Assembly: GCA_963921275.4 (NCBI GenBank)
Contig: OZ001293.3
Coordinates: forward strand, 6,784,001-6,848,000
Direction of reading: 5' to 3'
Source: an uncultured Hormoscilla sp.
Lineage (GTDB): Bacteria > Cyanobacteriota > Cyanobacteriia > Cyanobacteriales > Desertifilaceae
Length of the DNA: 64,000 nt
Part shown: positions 32,224 through 44,398 of the stretch, in pieces
How positions within the stretch are numbered: the first letter of the stretch is position 1
Layout: every line of letters starts with the position of its first letter
Made by a program: the position numbers and the translations under genes
Notes under the pieces: model-generated
Databases searched by the model: none
What the model saw: only the letters and a program-made list of their open reading frames with translations
What the model was told of the DNA's origin: nothing

Positions 32224-33159
32224 ATGCAAATCCGTCGCCGTCCCCCCAGCCCGCCTGTAGATCTACTCAACCTGCGCTATGAGGTAACCTTGCCTGATAG
32301 CGCCCCCCAGAATATCTTGGAGGAAATTGTCTGGCACAAAGAAAAGGAAATTGACCAGAGGCGCTCAAAGTTACCTTTGAGTGACCTGAAGCGTCAGGTA
32401 GAGAAAGCGCCAGCATCCCGAGACTTTGTCGGGGCCCTGGGTCGAGGCAAAACTTCCCTTCGGCGTCTTCCGCACGCTCTTGTCCTGAAGGACGCGGCGT
32501 GCTACAGACACCCCGCCCTCATCGCTGAGGTGAAAAAGGCTTCTCCTTCTAAAGGGGTGATCCGTGAGGACTTCGATCCAGTGGCGATCGCCCGTTCCTA
32601 TCAGCAAGGGGGTGCAACTTGCCTGTCGGTGCTCACGGATGCAAAATACTTTCAAGGCACCTGGGAAAACCTGGGTCAGGTCAGAAATGCTGTAGACTTG
32701 CCCTTGTTATGTAAGGAGTTTATCATCTATCCTTACCAAATATATCTAGCCCGGATCTATGGCGCGGATGCGGTACTGTTAATAGCGGCCATTCTGGGCG
32801 ATCGGGATCTGCAATACTTTGTGAAGATCGCGAGGGTATTGCAGATGACTCCCTTGATAGAAGTTCACTCTCTAGCAGAACTAGACCGGGTTTTAGCTCT
32901 GAAAGACGTTACCATAGTCGGGATTAATAATCGCAACTTGGAAGATTTTTCCGTAGACTTGCAAACAACTTGCCAGTTGCTAGAGGCCCGGGGGCAGATT
33001 TTGCAAGCACGGGGTATATTAGTAGTGAGTGAGTCGGGACTCCATACTCCAGCTGACCTGAAACTGGTTGGCGATGCGGGTGCTGCTGCTGTATTGATTG
33101 GCGAATCTCTGGTGAAACAGCCCGAACCAGGACAGGCGATCGGGCATTTGTTTGACTAA
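32224..33159 (+). CDS. trpC: Indole-3-glycerol phosphate synthase
   Basis: [20 protein letters not shown] and VSESG motifs; carries an approximately 18-aa insertion. Confidence 0.97.
   Translation: MQIRRRPPSPPVDLLNLRYEVTLPDSAPQNILEEIVWHKEKEIDQRRSKLPLSDLKRQVEKAPASRDFVGALGRGKTSLRRLPHALVLKDAACYRHPALIAEVKKASPSKGVIREDFDPVAIARSYQQGGATCLSVLTDAKYFQGTWENLGQVRNAVDLPLLCKEFIIYPYQIYLARIYGADAVLLIAAILGDRDLQYFVKIARVLQMTPLIEVHSLAELDRVLALKDVTIVGINNRNLEDFSVDLQTTCQLLEARGQILQARGILVVSESGLHTPADLKLVGDAGAAAVLIGESLVKQPEPGQAIGHLFD
32455..32508 (+). mobile_element. About 54-nt hairpin element (type D), in frame in trpC
   Basis: Homologous to the intergenic element at 54946-55000. Confidence 0.75.
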
Positions 33160-33242
33160 GGGAAAGGACAGGCAAGATGTCTGTCCGACAAAATAACAGG
33201 CATCTAGTCTATCAACCGCAAATTTTTAGGAGATTTACATCT

Positions 33243-33482
33243 ATGGAGCCTCTTCCCCTTCCTTCTCACATTCACTACGAACTGCTACTGCGACTTTTAG
33301 AACGGCAGACATGGTTAGCTGTTAGTAACCAGTCTCCGCAGCAGGAACAAGTCCATCAGTTGATTATTACCCTGCGAAAAGCCCTGGCCCAACAGAGACA
33401 ACTGGAAGCAAGTTGCCACCAGGCTAACTTGCCCATTGACTATCGCTGGTCTTTGAATGAAGTTACCACAGTTCCTGGTTGA
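33243..33482 (+). CDS. Conserved cyanobacterial hypothetical protein (DUF5340-like)
   Basis: PLPSHIHYELLLRLLERQT and YRWSLN motifs. Confidence 0.8.
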   Translation: MEPLPLPSHIHYELLLRLLERQTWLAVSNQSPQQEQVHQLIITLRKALAQQRQLEASCHQANLPIDYRWSLNEVTTVPG

Positions 33483-33556
33483 TGTTATCTGATATTTTTG
33501 GAAATCTGATAACTGCAAACTGCGTATACGCAGTTCGCAGTTATGGATCTACTGAG

Positions 33557-33605
33557 GTTTGTAGTGAGGACGGAAGTCCTCACTACAAACCACGCTGCGC
33601 GAAAA
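33557..33605. repeat. REP-like palindrome followed by a 15-nt type B element
   Basis: GTTTGTAGTGAGGAC-GGAA-GTCCTCACTACAAAC, then CACGCTGCGCGAAAA^ATC. Confidence 0.75.
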
Positions 33606-33827
33606 ATCAGAAAAATCAGAACGTAATTCATTTGGGTTTGAGGCAATTTGTTGACTAGAAATCAGAGAGGAGCACCTGTCGAACTCACGTCCATCAGGCG
33701 ATTCCCCGCAGGGGAAGTCCGCAGCCAAAGGTTTGCCCATTTGCAGCACTAGGGATGTCCCAAAAGCAGCACATCAGCATAAAGCAGAGAAATGAAAAAC
33801 AACAATCGTCAACAAATTAGTCGCATT

Positions 33828-34406
33828 ATGATCGCAGCAAAAGAGATTCCCCCAAAGTTAACCCCTGAAGAGTATTTCGTTTGGGAAGAAAAACAATTGG
33901 AAAAACATGAATATATAGATGGACAAGTCTATGCCATGAGCGGCGGCAGCGTTAATCATGGCCGCATTGCCATCCGATTTACCGCCATGTTCGACGCTCA
34001 TTTAGAGGGTAGCGGTTGTATGACTGGCAACTCTGACATCAAGGTTAATATTGTTGAAACCAATAACTATACCTATCCAGATGCTAGTGTAACTTGCGAC
34101 GGACGCGATAAAATCACCCCCAACTATTTTACCTATCCATGTTTAATTGTTGAGGTTTTGTCAGATAGCACTGAAGCCTATGACAGGGGCGGTAAGTTTA
34201 GAATGTATCGCCAAAACCCGGTTTTACAAGACTATTTATTAGTGAGCGCTACCCGTATTGAAATTGATTTGGATCACAAAAATGATGTGGGTGAATGGAC
34301 GATCGTTAATTACCAAGAAGGTGACATCATAGAACTCAGAAGTATTAACCTGAGTTTCCCCGTCGAGCAAGTCTATCGCGGCCTCACCCTCACGCCAGAA
34401 TCATGA
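33828..34406 (+). CDS. Uma2 family endonuclease
   Basis: YAMSGGS, YPDASV and VEVLSDSTEAYDRGGKF motifs. Confidence 0.93.
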   Translation: MIAAKEIPPKLTPEEYFVWEEKQLEKHEYIDGQVYAMSGGSVNHGRIAIRFTAMFDAHLEGSGCMTGNSDIKVNIVETNNYTYPDASVTCDGRDKITPNYFTYPCLIVEVLSDSTEAYDRGGKFRMYRQNPVLQDYLLVSATRIEIDLDHKNDVGEWTIVNYQEGDIIELRSINLSFPVEQVYRGLTLTPES

Positions 34407-34759
34407 TTGGCTTTCATCTCAATCAACTTAATCCCATTTCTTCTTTAATTATGCAATGGCGGTAAACTGTGTACAATCTGCTGGGTTTCCAGGCTCACCC
34501 GTACAATACGCTTCACTAGATCCAAGATATAGCGGGGGTCAGAAGACCAGTCGTTGGGGTCGTTGGTGATGCCACTCTTCTTGTCTTTGGTAACTTGGTA
34601 GCGATCCATAATCCACTCAAGGGCAGATCTGTCGCAAACCTTATACTCGTAAGCTTCTAAAGGGATATTCTGAATCTGGATCTTGCTGTTATAGATGATG
34701 GTGGTTTTATCAACCTGACGGTTATGCTTACCAAAGGTCATCTTACTGACTCGATAATC

Positions 34760-34774
34760 TACCGTTCCGGAAAA
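34760..34774 (+). mobile_element. 15-nt micro-insertion (type A)
   Basis: TACCGTTCCGGAAAA^ATCGG; reads DFSGTV in the host frame. Confidence 0.75.
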
Positions 34775-36954
34775 ATCGGTGTACTCCTTCACGGGGTAAG
34801 GTTCGATGGTTTCATAGTTCAGATGCCAGTGGGCTAAGTCTCGTCCCGCTTTACTGAATGTCCAGAAGTCAGCAGCATAGGGGATGCGGGGTAACATTTT
34901 CTTTAAGTCAGCAGCAAAGCGGGTTTTGTATTCAGGACTGTGGAGAATGCCGTAGACGTAATAGAAAATGTCTTCTTTGGTGATGTCCGTGTCGCTGTAA
35001 GTGGTTTGGAAGTCGGTCAGTATTGCATTATGGATGTTCTCGTTGCGGAGGTATTCATCCTGTTTTGCTGTTGCGTTGCCCGGGTCGCGGTAGCGAAAGA
35101 GGTCGCCCAAGTCTGATTGTTGGGTGTAGGTGTAAAGGGGAAAACATTGAGAAGGTGTAAGACAATTAATGTCGAGTAATGTATCCGATACCAAAGCTGA
35201 AAAGTCTTTAGTTGCCCCCAGTCCAGTTACACAAATTGCTAAGTTTTCCTGATTCTCTTTCGGGAAAATCTTAGGCATTTGGGAAGTCCTGTGATTCCAA
35301 TGGTTATTGAAATAAACCCACTGCCGACAATAAGGGCGATATATCCCTTTAACTAAAGAACTAGTTCTAATTGATATGTTATGAATTTTTCTAAATCCTG
35401 CTTAATTCCGCTTGACCAGTTGATTTTTTTCGGATCATTATCAACAAAGTTATCAATACTTGGCTTATCCCCCTTAATGGACTGATACCGTTTAACCTGC
35501 TGATTATAAAAATCAATCATCCTGCCCATGTTAGCGGAAACTGCCTCACGGGAGAAGTTGTAACACCAGGCATCACGACTTGTTTCAAGCCCTCTTGAAT
35601 ATAAATCAAATATCGTCTTAGCTGTTGTATTTGTCTTATCCCCCAGTGAAGTGAATGCTTCAAATGCCGGATCGCGCTGGTTTATCCAGTCATGGTTGTT
35701 GTTGGGATCGATCACCCTCCACTCTATTCCTGTAATACCACCAGACTGAGCAATGATGCTTAACTTCTCCTCACGGCTGAGATAATCTCCAATATCATGG
35801 TAAAGCAATTCACAAGCTCGGGTGTGTTCTGGATTTTTCACCAGTAGGGTGATGGCGATAGTAGCACGGCTTCCAGAGCAAAAAATCTGCCCACCTTCCC
35901 GTCGAGATGTCTCACCGGAGGTGCGCTGATTCCCCCGTAAGTTGAAGCAATAGATCCGGCTAAACTCGTCTACAAAGCATTTTCGCAAGCCATCCATTGC
36001 GTTATTGTCAATAAATGAACCGTTGGTGACGAAACAGATGATGCCTTTGCCCTGGATGCGATCGCTTGCCCAGCGTATTGCCCGAATATAGGAATCATAA
36101 AGGCTGTTTTTGTTGGTAGCAGTCGAGTATTTAGCATAGGTTTCCCTAATGCGGTCATCCAACTGGGGGTATTTCAAATTCTTATTATTGTCATTCTCGC
36201 TACTTTACCCCGCCGAATAGGGAGGATTACCAATAATTACCCGAATCTCTTGCTGTTTCTGACTGACTACCCGTTGGTTATTCTCAGGAAACATCCGATC
36301 CAGTAACGTCCCCTCATTCTCAAACATTTGGAAGGTATCCGTGAGCACAATCCCCTCAAAGGGTTGATATTCCCCGCCATGTAACCCGTGGTAAGTTTCC
36401 TCAATATTGATGGCCGCGATGTAGTAGGCGAGTAGAACAATCTCGTTGGCGTACAACTCCTGCTTAAACTTCCGTTCTAAGTCCTCCGGTTTGATTAACC
36501 CACTTTGCAGTAACCGCGCTATAAACGTCCCCGTTCCCGTGAAGGGGTCAAGGATATGAACGCCTTCATCGCTTAACCCCACTCCCAACTCTTGCCGCAG
36601 GGCCTGGTCAGCACTATTGACAATAAAGTCCACCACCTCAACGGGAGTGTAAACGATTCCCAAGCGATCGGTTAATCGAGGGAATGCCCCCCGGAAAAAC
36701 TTATCATACAGTTCGGTGATAATCTTCTGCTTCCCTTCGGCATTGTCTACCCCGGTGGCCCGTTCTCGGACAGAGTCGTAAAACTTCTCTAACTTGGCGG
36801 TGTCTTTATTTAAGGATTTTCCTTCCAAGACCTCCAGCATGTTCTGCATAGCTTGAGAAACGGGGTTAAGTTCGGTGAAGGCATACCCTTCAAATAAAGC
36901 ATCAAAGACGGGTTTGGTAATCAGATGCTGGGATAACATCTCAATGGCATCATC

Positions 36955-36969
36955 TACCGTTCCGGAAAA
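36955..36969 (+). mobile_element. 15-nt micro-insertion (type A)
   Basis: TACCGTTCCGGAAAA^ATCGG; removal gives NPNVTDDDAIE. Confidence 0.78.
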
Positions 36970-38233
36970 ATCGGTAACGTTGGGGTTGATGTTGCTGTGC
37001 AATCCCGCGAGAAACTCGTCAAAGGCAGCGCGGGGTTTGGCATCTGCACCTGCAAGTAATGCCTGAATGCGGGAGATGTGACCCTCAGCAATTTTCGCTA
37101 CATCTTGGGCCCAATCTTCCCAGTAGCGGCGATCGCCACATTTCTGCACGAGCTTGGCATAAATCGCATCCCGCCATTCTTCCAGTTCCGGAAAATGCAG
37201 TTTCAGTTGCCTGACTTCGGGTAAGTCGGAAGGGCGATCGCCTACGGTTTCTGTATCATCTCTGGGAGTCCCCCCAACACCAATGACATCAATTTCCGGT
37301 GGCCGATTTTTATTAAACTCAATCTTATTGACCATCGCCTTGAAGCGATCGTCATGGGCGCGAAGGGCCTGCAATACTTGCCAGATTACCTTGTATTTCT
37401 GATGATCCTTGAGAGCCTGTTCTGGAGGGATATCAGCCGGAATACCCACTGGTAAAATGATATAACCGTATTTCTTTCCTTCCGATTTTCGCATCACTCG
37501 CCCCACAGATTGCACCACATCCACTACCGAGTTACGGGGGGTGAGGAACATCACCGCATCTAACGCGGGCACATCCACCCCTTCCGAGAGACATCGAGCA
37601 TTAGAAAGAATGCGGCAGGTATTACCACTGGTTTCAGCTTTCAGCCAATCCAGTTTAGCATTGCGTTCTAGGGAGTTCTGGGTTCCATCTACATGATCAA
37701 GCTCACAGTTAAGGATTTCTTCATCAGGATGGGCGGTTTGGTACTGCTCAATGATTTGGGTGAACAGTTGGGTAATGCGTTCAGAGTCTTTAATGGAGCG
37801 AGAAAAGGCAACAGCACGGCGCATGGGAGCATTATCGCCATCTAAAGTTGTGTCCCCTCTACTGGGGGTACCCATCCGCTTGGATAGTCCATTCCAGCAG
37901 CCAGTAATCTTAACCGCATCTTCTAGATTAAGTTCATTATTACGATCCGCTAACTGATGCTGGAATGTGGTACTGACATCCTTTTCATCAACTGCTAACA
38001 CCATCACCCGATAATCAGTGAGTAGTCCTTTACTAACCGCTTCCCCAAATCCCAGATAGTGAAACTCGGGTCCATACAACTGCTCATCATCCATGGAGCA
38101 AATCACAATCTCATTCTCCTGGGCCGTTTTTTTGGCATTATCCCCATACAGTCGGGGAGTAGCAGTCATGTATAGGCGCTTCTTACCCTTGATAAATTCT
38201 TGGTTATGTACCCGCACAAAATAGGATTCTTCT

Positions 38234-39068
<835 letters not shown>

Positions 39069-40605
39069 TCCCCAGATATAGTTGCGCCGGTGGTGCGGTG
39101 GGCTTCATCACAGATAATCAAATCAAACTCAGGTAAACCTTTTGCTTGCGCATCGGCGATCGCCTGAATGGATTGATAGGTGGAGTAAATTACCGTGAGG
39201 TCGCGTTTCCCAGAGAAGTTTTGCACCACATCAGCGATTTTTTGTCCATCAGTGGTGACTGGAATGGGTAAATCTTGGGTAGTGAGATCGCTATTATCAT
39301 CGTTGTTGCGCTTGCGTTTGGCGACCTTAGTATCTGAACATACCGCAATATTGTGAAGACTGACCCCAGCTTCTGCTGTCCATTCTCTGAGGGTTTGAGA
39401 CAGTAAAGAAATTGAAGGCACTAACAACAACACTTGAGCATTTGGTGCAAATTCTTCGGCAATTTTTAACGAAGTAAAAGTTTTCCCCGTTCCACAAGCC
39501 ATCAACAGTTTACCGCGATCGCTTTTCTCAAACCCGGCCATTACATCCTTCAGGGCTTCTCTTTGATGGTCTCGTAGAGTTTTCTTGGGCTTGAGTTGCA
39601 GTTGTTGCGGGTGCTGGAAACTAAAACTACTCCAGTCTATGGTACTCTCTGCTAAATCTTCTACTCGTAGTCGCTGAACTGGAATCTGTTGGTTTTCTAA
39701 TGCCTTTTCAGCATGTTTATTCCAGCGATCGGTAGTGGAGACAATGATTCGACTACTAAACCAAGAAGTTCCGGAAGCTGTAAAGAAGGAATCAATGTGG
39801 TGTTTATCTAGTACAGTATTTGGGGAGTAGAACTTACATTGAATCGCGCAATACTTCCCAGTAGCAGCTTCTGCTGCCACAATGTCAATACCCGTATCAG
39901 ATTGCGTTCCTCGTTTGGGCCAGTCCATCCACAACCAGACATTACTAAAACGACTTTTATATAGAGGATCGTTCGGGAAATAAGTGACCATTAACCGTTC
40001 AAAGCGATCGCCCAAATCACGGTTAGAACTAGCGGCCTCTCTAAATTCCTCTAAAAGATCATGAATTGTGGTAGTCATAGTTAAGATGTAACGTAAGTTG
40101 TTGTGCTGCACTTGAGCCAGCAGCCCCAGGTGATGTTAGTGGAATCAATTGTGACCACAGGGATATGCCAGTGGCTATCATCCAGGAAGGGAACCCCAGG
40201 CTGGATGCCCTCTATTATTGCTGGTAGTCTTCTAAGAAAGCGTCTACCACTACGATTTCGTTTTGGAGATGTTTCATTTTCTGATTTTAGAGATAAATTG
40301 CTTGATGTCAAGTCGGCCTGGCAGTAATGGCCAAAGCGGCTCGCGAAGCACAGGTCGATTACAATTAGCACTAACTGCTTGTCCTTTTGGACCCGGTGTA
40401 GAGCGCATTGTTTCACCGGTTAATGTTCATGTCGCAATGGTGCCATCCACCTCGCTGCCGCTGTCGTCTGGCTTAATTGATGACATGCCCTACTTACCTC
40501 ATCTGTTATTCTATCAGCACGACCTCCAATCTGGAATTGCGCGACTGAGGAAAAGTCGAGTAATTTGGGCCAGTTGTGCTACTTTCCCGAACTCCGGTCG
40601 TTACT

Positions 40606-40833
40606 CAACCCGCACAGTCCACGATCCAACCCGCACAGTCCACGACCCAACCCGCACAGTCCACGATCCAACCCGCACAGTCCACGATCCAACCCGCACA
40701 GTCCACGATCCAACCCGCACAGTCCACGATCCAACCCGCACAGTCCACGATCCAACCCGCACAGTCCACGATCCAACCCGCACTCGTTCCACTCCCCCAG
40801 CACTCGTTCCACTCCCCCAGCACTCGTTCCACT
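40606..40833. repeat. 21-bp tandem repeat (CAACCCGCACAGTCCACGATC) x8.5, then a 20-bp unit x2.6
   Basis: Direct inspection; no spacers between units. Confidence 0.95.
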
Positions 40834-41035
40834 ATTATGGCCTGACATCCGTTAGCTGAACAAATTTGATTGGTGCAGTATATAGCCAGTGGTAAAAAAA
40901 CCGGTCTCTCAGAGAACCAGGGTTTGCAGATACCGCAAATTGTTTCTATCCCCGTCTGTGGAGAGCAGACTTAGGGCTGATACCGGTCATATCCAGATTT
41001 TATCGTCAATAGTCGATGTGAATTATCGGTACAAT

Positions 41036-41050
41036 TTTTCCGGAACGGTA
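41036..41050 (-). mobile_element. 15-nt micro-insertion (type A), intergenic
   Basis: TACCGTTCCGGAAAA followed by ATTG. Confidence 0.65.
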
Positions 41051-41119
41051 AACGCGATGATACTTGTCCCATCCTGCATGAAACACTTGATAGTGGTCTC
41101 CTTTCTTCTTCCGGCAGAA

Positions 41120-41448
41120 TTAATTAACAGCAAACTCAGTCATTTGGCGTCTTTGGGGACGATAAAAACCTAAAACAATGTCTTCTTTGGGAACTCCTAA
41201 CTCAAGCAGTTCTTGAGTCACGCCCTCTTCGATACCATCCCACTCAATCCAAATCTTACCATCCCGGAGCCGCAAGTGCAGGGCAATATCGTGAACTCGA
41301 CCAGTTCGATCCCATCCTACATCCAATAAAATATAGTTGTCATTAGTTGCATCGCAGATTGACAAAGCTTCAATATGTTCTTGACTGGCGCTATTTGGTG
41401 TGTCACAATCTGTTGAACGACTTGTCGGTAAATGTTTAGCTTATCCAT
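41120..41448 (-). pseudogene. xisI: XisI family protein, frameshifted
   Basis: MDKLNIYRQ start out of frame with GKIWIEWDGIEEG...LGVPKEDIVLGF. Confidence 0.85.
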
Positions 41449-41453
41449 TTCGG

Positions 41454-41876
41454 TTATAACTCTGATGGCATAATCACATCGATCGCCTCTGTCCGATTTT
41501 TTCGGTAAATGCGAAAATCCCTATCTAATGTTAACATAGTACTGCCCGCGATCGACTCACTCATCTTCACCAAACAAGCATCCGCAAAAGACATGGGGAC
41601 AGATTTATATTTTTGCATCAAGTTTCCAACTGCTTCCAACTCTTCACTCAAGCTAAATGAAATTTGGATAACGCCTGTTTTCAGTAAAGAGATTACCGCC
41701 TCCTGTCCGCCATAAGTTCTTCGCAGTAAAAAAAATGTTTCTGAAATTACTGCTTCACAGGTAAACAAGGGGATAGCAATAGTTTTCCAAATCTCTTCCG
41801 TCCAGTGGTGAAAGCGATCGCTTTTATCGATCAGCGCCACCAATGGACTCGCATCTAAAATCACTCTTGATTTCAT
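41454..41876 (-). CDS. PIN-domain VapC toxin
   Basis: VILDASPLVAL, MSFADACL and TLDRDFRIYR motifs. Confidence 0.9.
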   Translation of the reverse strand: MKSRVILDASPLVALIDKSDRFHHWTEEIWKTIAIPLFTCEAVISETFFLLRRTYGGQEAVISLLKTGVIQISFSLSEELEAVGNLMQKYKSVPMSFADACLVKMSESIAGSTMLTLDRDFRIYRKNRTEAIDVIMPSEL

Positions 41877-42124
41877 TGTGCTGAATATCCCTGAAGATAC
41901 TTTTTGTTATAAGACAGATCGCCAATGCCACTATCGACACATCCCACCCACTCTTTAGCTGCTTCATAAGCAGATATCGGTTTATCCTCAACAGTCGGAT
42001 ATTTTATTTTTTGATTTTGACTCTGCAAAAAATTAATAAAATCCAGAACCGACTGCTGCTGTTGAGGGCTTAAGGTTTGCAGGCGTTCTAAAATTGTTTG
42101 TTCCTTGCTAACTGCTTGTATCAT
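41873..42124 (-). CDS. Putative antitoxin (DUF2281-like)
   Basis: QSVLDFINFL and GDLSYNKKYLQGY motifs; 4-nt overlap with the toxin start. Confidence 0.8.
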   Translation of the reverse strand: MIQAVSKEQTILERLQTLSPQQQQSVLDFINFLQSQNQKIKYPTVEDKPISAYEAAKEWVGCVDSGIGDLSYNKKYLQGYSAQ

Positions 42125-42224
42125 CTTTTTCCTCCAGTCACACTCTTACTCCCACTCCAATATCTTAGCATACTTTCGAGTTGCTTATTTATCTTTTCAC
42201 TGCCAACCACAATTATTAAAAAAT

Positions 42225-42822
42225 ATTTAATTTGTTAATCTTATTACTGAAGATTGCTAAAATTTTGGCAATATTTATATCTTTGGCATCGGAGATCGTC
42301 AATTTCTCGCGCTCGATCGCGACAGTGCGATCGTCAAGCTGAAGGAAGCGCTAGACACGACCATTAGTAACAGCACCATAGATGCGTACCGTTCCCGAAA
42401 AATCGGTAATCTTGTCCCTAGCTTGGTTAAACCGCTGTGCTGCTACCATCTCAGCAATACATTGTCCCAAACCTGAATTTGTACTATCATTTTTTGCTTC
42501 TACAATTGCTATCACTGGTGCCTCGATTTCCAGGATAAACTCAGAGGCACTCACAATATAATCACAATAGCCATTTAGTCCTTGAGTCACATCTACATTA
42601 AAATCCCTGCCAGAAAATAAGCTAATTTTGCCATTAAATATCTCTCTTATCTCCATTAGCATCGGCGCAATAATCAACTCAGAACGTGCTTTTTCTGTAT
42701 CGTTATCAAAGGCAAGTCGCTTGGTTCAACTAGATCTATCTGAGGAAACAGATTAACCAGATTAATACTAAGATCGAAGCTGGCTTTGACTTGACTGACA
42801 GTCTTAAAATCGCTGTAAGTTA
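42225..42822 (-). pseudogene. Degraded tandem paralog of 43642-44283
   Basis: Near-identical DNA with an internal deletion, TGG>TAG and no start; carries a type A element at 42387-42401. Confidence 0.85.
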
Positions 42823-43039
42823 TTGCTGAACACTCCTTGAATACCAAATAGGGTTTTTAATCGCTCCTCACCCAACGCGGGTTTTCTTTGTTGATTCCCC
42901 TCATCCGCTAAGATAGTATTATCTCATAATCATGGTATAAATCTAGTCTTGGCATATTCTGATTAACGACAAACTGATGATTCTCGGTCCAACTCCGGTG
43001 CTTTAACCGGTATTACAGACGATCGCCTTCCACCCGATC

Positions 43040-43591
43040 CTATTCAAACTCAGGTGCCCATACATCAACAATCGATAATTCCCACCCTGGCAGCAACTCT
43101 GGCACTTCTAAAACATCTGCATCTCCCAACACTATTTTCTCGGCATTAGGGCGATAAACTTCCATCGTCCGAGTTCGCGGATCTACTAAAACACCCACTT
43201 CAGTTCCCAACTCTATAAACTCCTGTATCTTCTGACGAAGTTTATTCATGCTGTCTCTCTTAGATTTTACTTCAAACATCAGGTCGGGCACCAATTCAGC
43301 ATAATCTTCTGTCGGGCGAGGTAATCTTTCTGCACGGATAAACGCAGCATCTGGTGCCCGCACATCTCCATCTGCATTCGGCAAGCGAAAACCTCCACTA
43401 GAAGCTATTACCCTGCCTAACTTACGAGGTCGTACCCAATTGCGTAATTGAGCAACAATTTCTGCTGCTACTTCATCTGATTCCAATCCTGAAGGACTCA
43501 TAACAATAATTTCTCCACTTACTAACTCCATCTTCAGTTCTGGATAATCTTTTTGCAGATTATCTAAATCTTTAACTGTCAAAACAGACAT
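43040..43591 (-). CDS. Uma2 family endonuclease
   Basis: ELVSGEIIVMSP, RAPDAAF and VPDLMFEVKS motifs. Confidence 0.93.
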   Translation of the reverse strand: MSVLTVKDLDNLQKDYPELKMELVSGEIIVMSPSGLESDEVAAEIVAQLRNWVRPRKLGRVIASSGGFRLPNADGDVRAPDAAFIRAERLPRPTEDYAELVPDLMFEVKSKRDSMNKLRQKIQEFIELGTEVGVLVDPRTRTMEVYRPNAEKIVLGDADVLEVPELLPGWELSIVDVWAPEFE

Positions 43592-43641
43592 GGCGATCGC
43601 CTCCTTTATCTTTATTTTAGTCTAGCATACAACCAAGATAA

Positions 43642-44283
43642 TCAACCAAAATTTATTTTTTCTATCTGGTTACTGAAAATCGATAAAATCTTAGCAACAT
43701 TTATATCTTTGGCATCCTTGATCGTCAATTCCTCGCGATCGATCGCGACAGTGCGATCGTCAAGCTGAAGGAAGCGCCAGACACGACCATTAGTAACAGC
43801 ACCATAGATGCGTACCGTTCCGGAAAAATCGGTAATCTTGTCCCTAGCTTGGTTAAACCGCTGTGCTGCTACCATCTCAGCAATACATTGTCCCAAACCT
43901 GAATTTGTACTACCATTTTTGGCTTCTACAATTGCGATCGCTGGTGCCTCGATTTCCAGGGTAAACTCAGAGGCACTCACAATATAGTCACAATAGCCAT
44001 TTAGTCCTCGATTCACATCTACGTTAAAATCCCTGCCAAAAAATAAGCTAATTTTGCCATTAAATATCTCTCTTATCTCTATTAGCATTGGCGCAATAAT
44101 CAACTCAGAACGGGCTTTTTCTGTATCGTTATCAAAGGCAACTTGCAAATTACGCTTCAGGGTAATTTTCAGGTAGTCGCTTGGTTCAACTAGATCTATC
44201 TGAGGAAACAGATTAACCAGATTAATACTAAGATCGAAGCTGGCTTTGACTTGACTGACGGTTTTAAAATCCCTGTAAGTCAT
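43642..44283 (-). CDS. Cyanobacterial PD-(D/E)XK nuclease-like hypothetical protein
   Basis: EKARSELIIAP, GYCDY, IVEAKN, GLGQCIAEMVAAQ and IYGAVT motifs; type A element at 43813-43827. Confidence 0.85.
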   Translation of the reverse strand: MTYRDFKTVSQVKASFDLSINLVNLFPQIDLVEPSDYLKITLKRNLQVAFDNDTEKARSELIIAPMLIEIREIFNGKISLFFGRDFNVDVNRGLNGYCDYIVSASEFTLEIEAPAIAIVEAKNGSTNSGLGQCIAEMVAAQRFNQARDKITDFSGTVRIYGAVTNGRVWRFLQLDDRTVAIDREELTIKDAKDINVAKILSIFSNQIEKINFG

Positions 44284-44398
44284 ACATTCCATACCAAACC
44301 CAATGGGAGTTTTATTCCCCCTCATCCGCTAAGATAGCATTATCTCATATGATGTTTTGGTAGAATAGCAAACCCGTTATCCCCGAGGAGGAAATCTG

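Noticed and set aside
40081..40416. 111-aa ORF upstream of the Type ISP gene
   Set aside because: No recognisable motif or RBS; cannot be supported as a gene.
40606..40833. CRISPR array
   Set aside because: Units are contiguous with no unique spacers and no cas genes are present. The same applies to 61614-61775 and 57284-57409.
40263..40859. Repeat-protein ORFs in all six frames
   Set aside because: Artefacts of a stop-free 21-bp tandem repeat; likewise 61575-61790.
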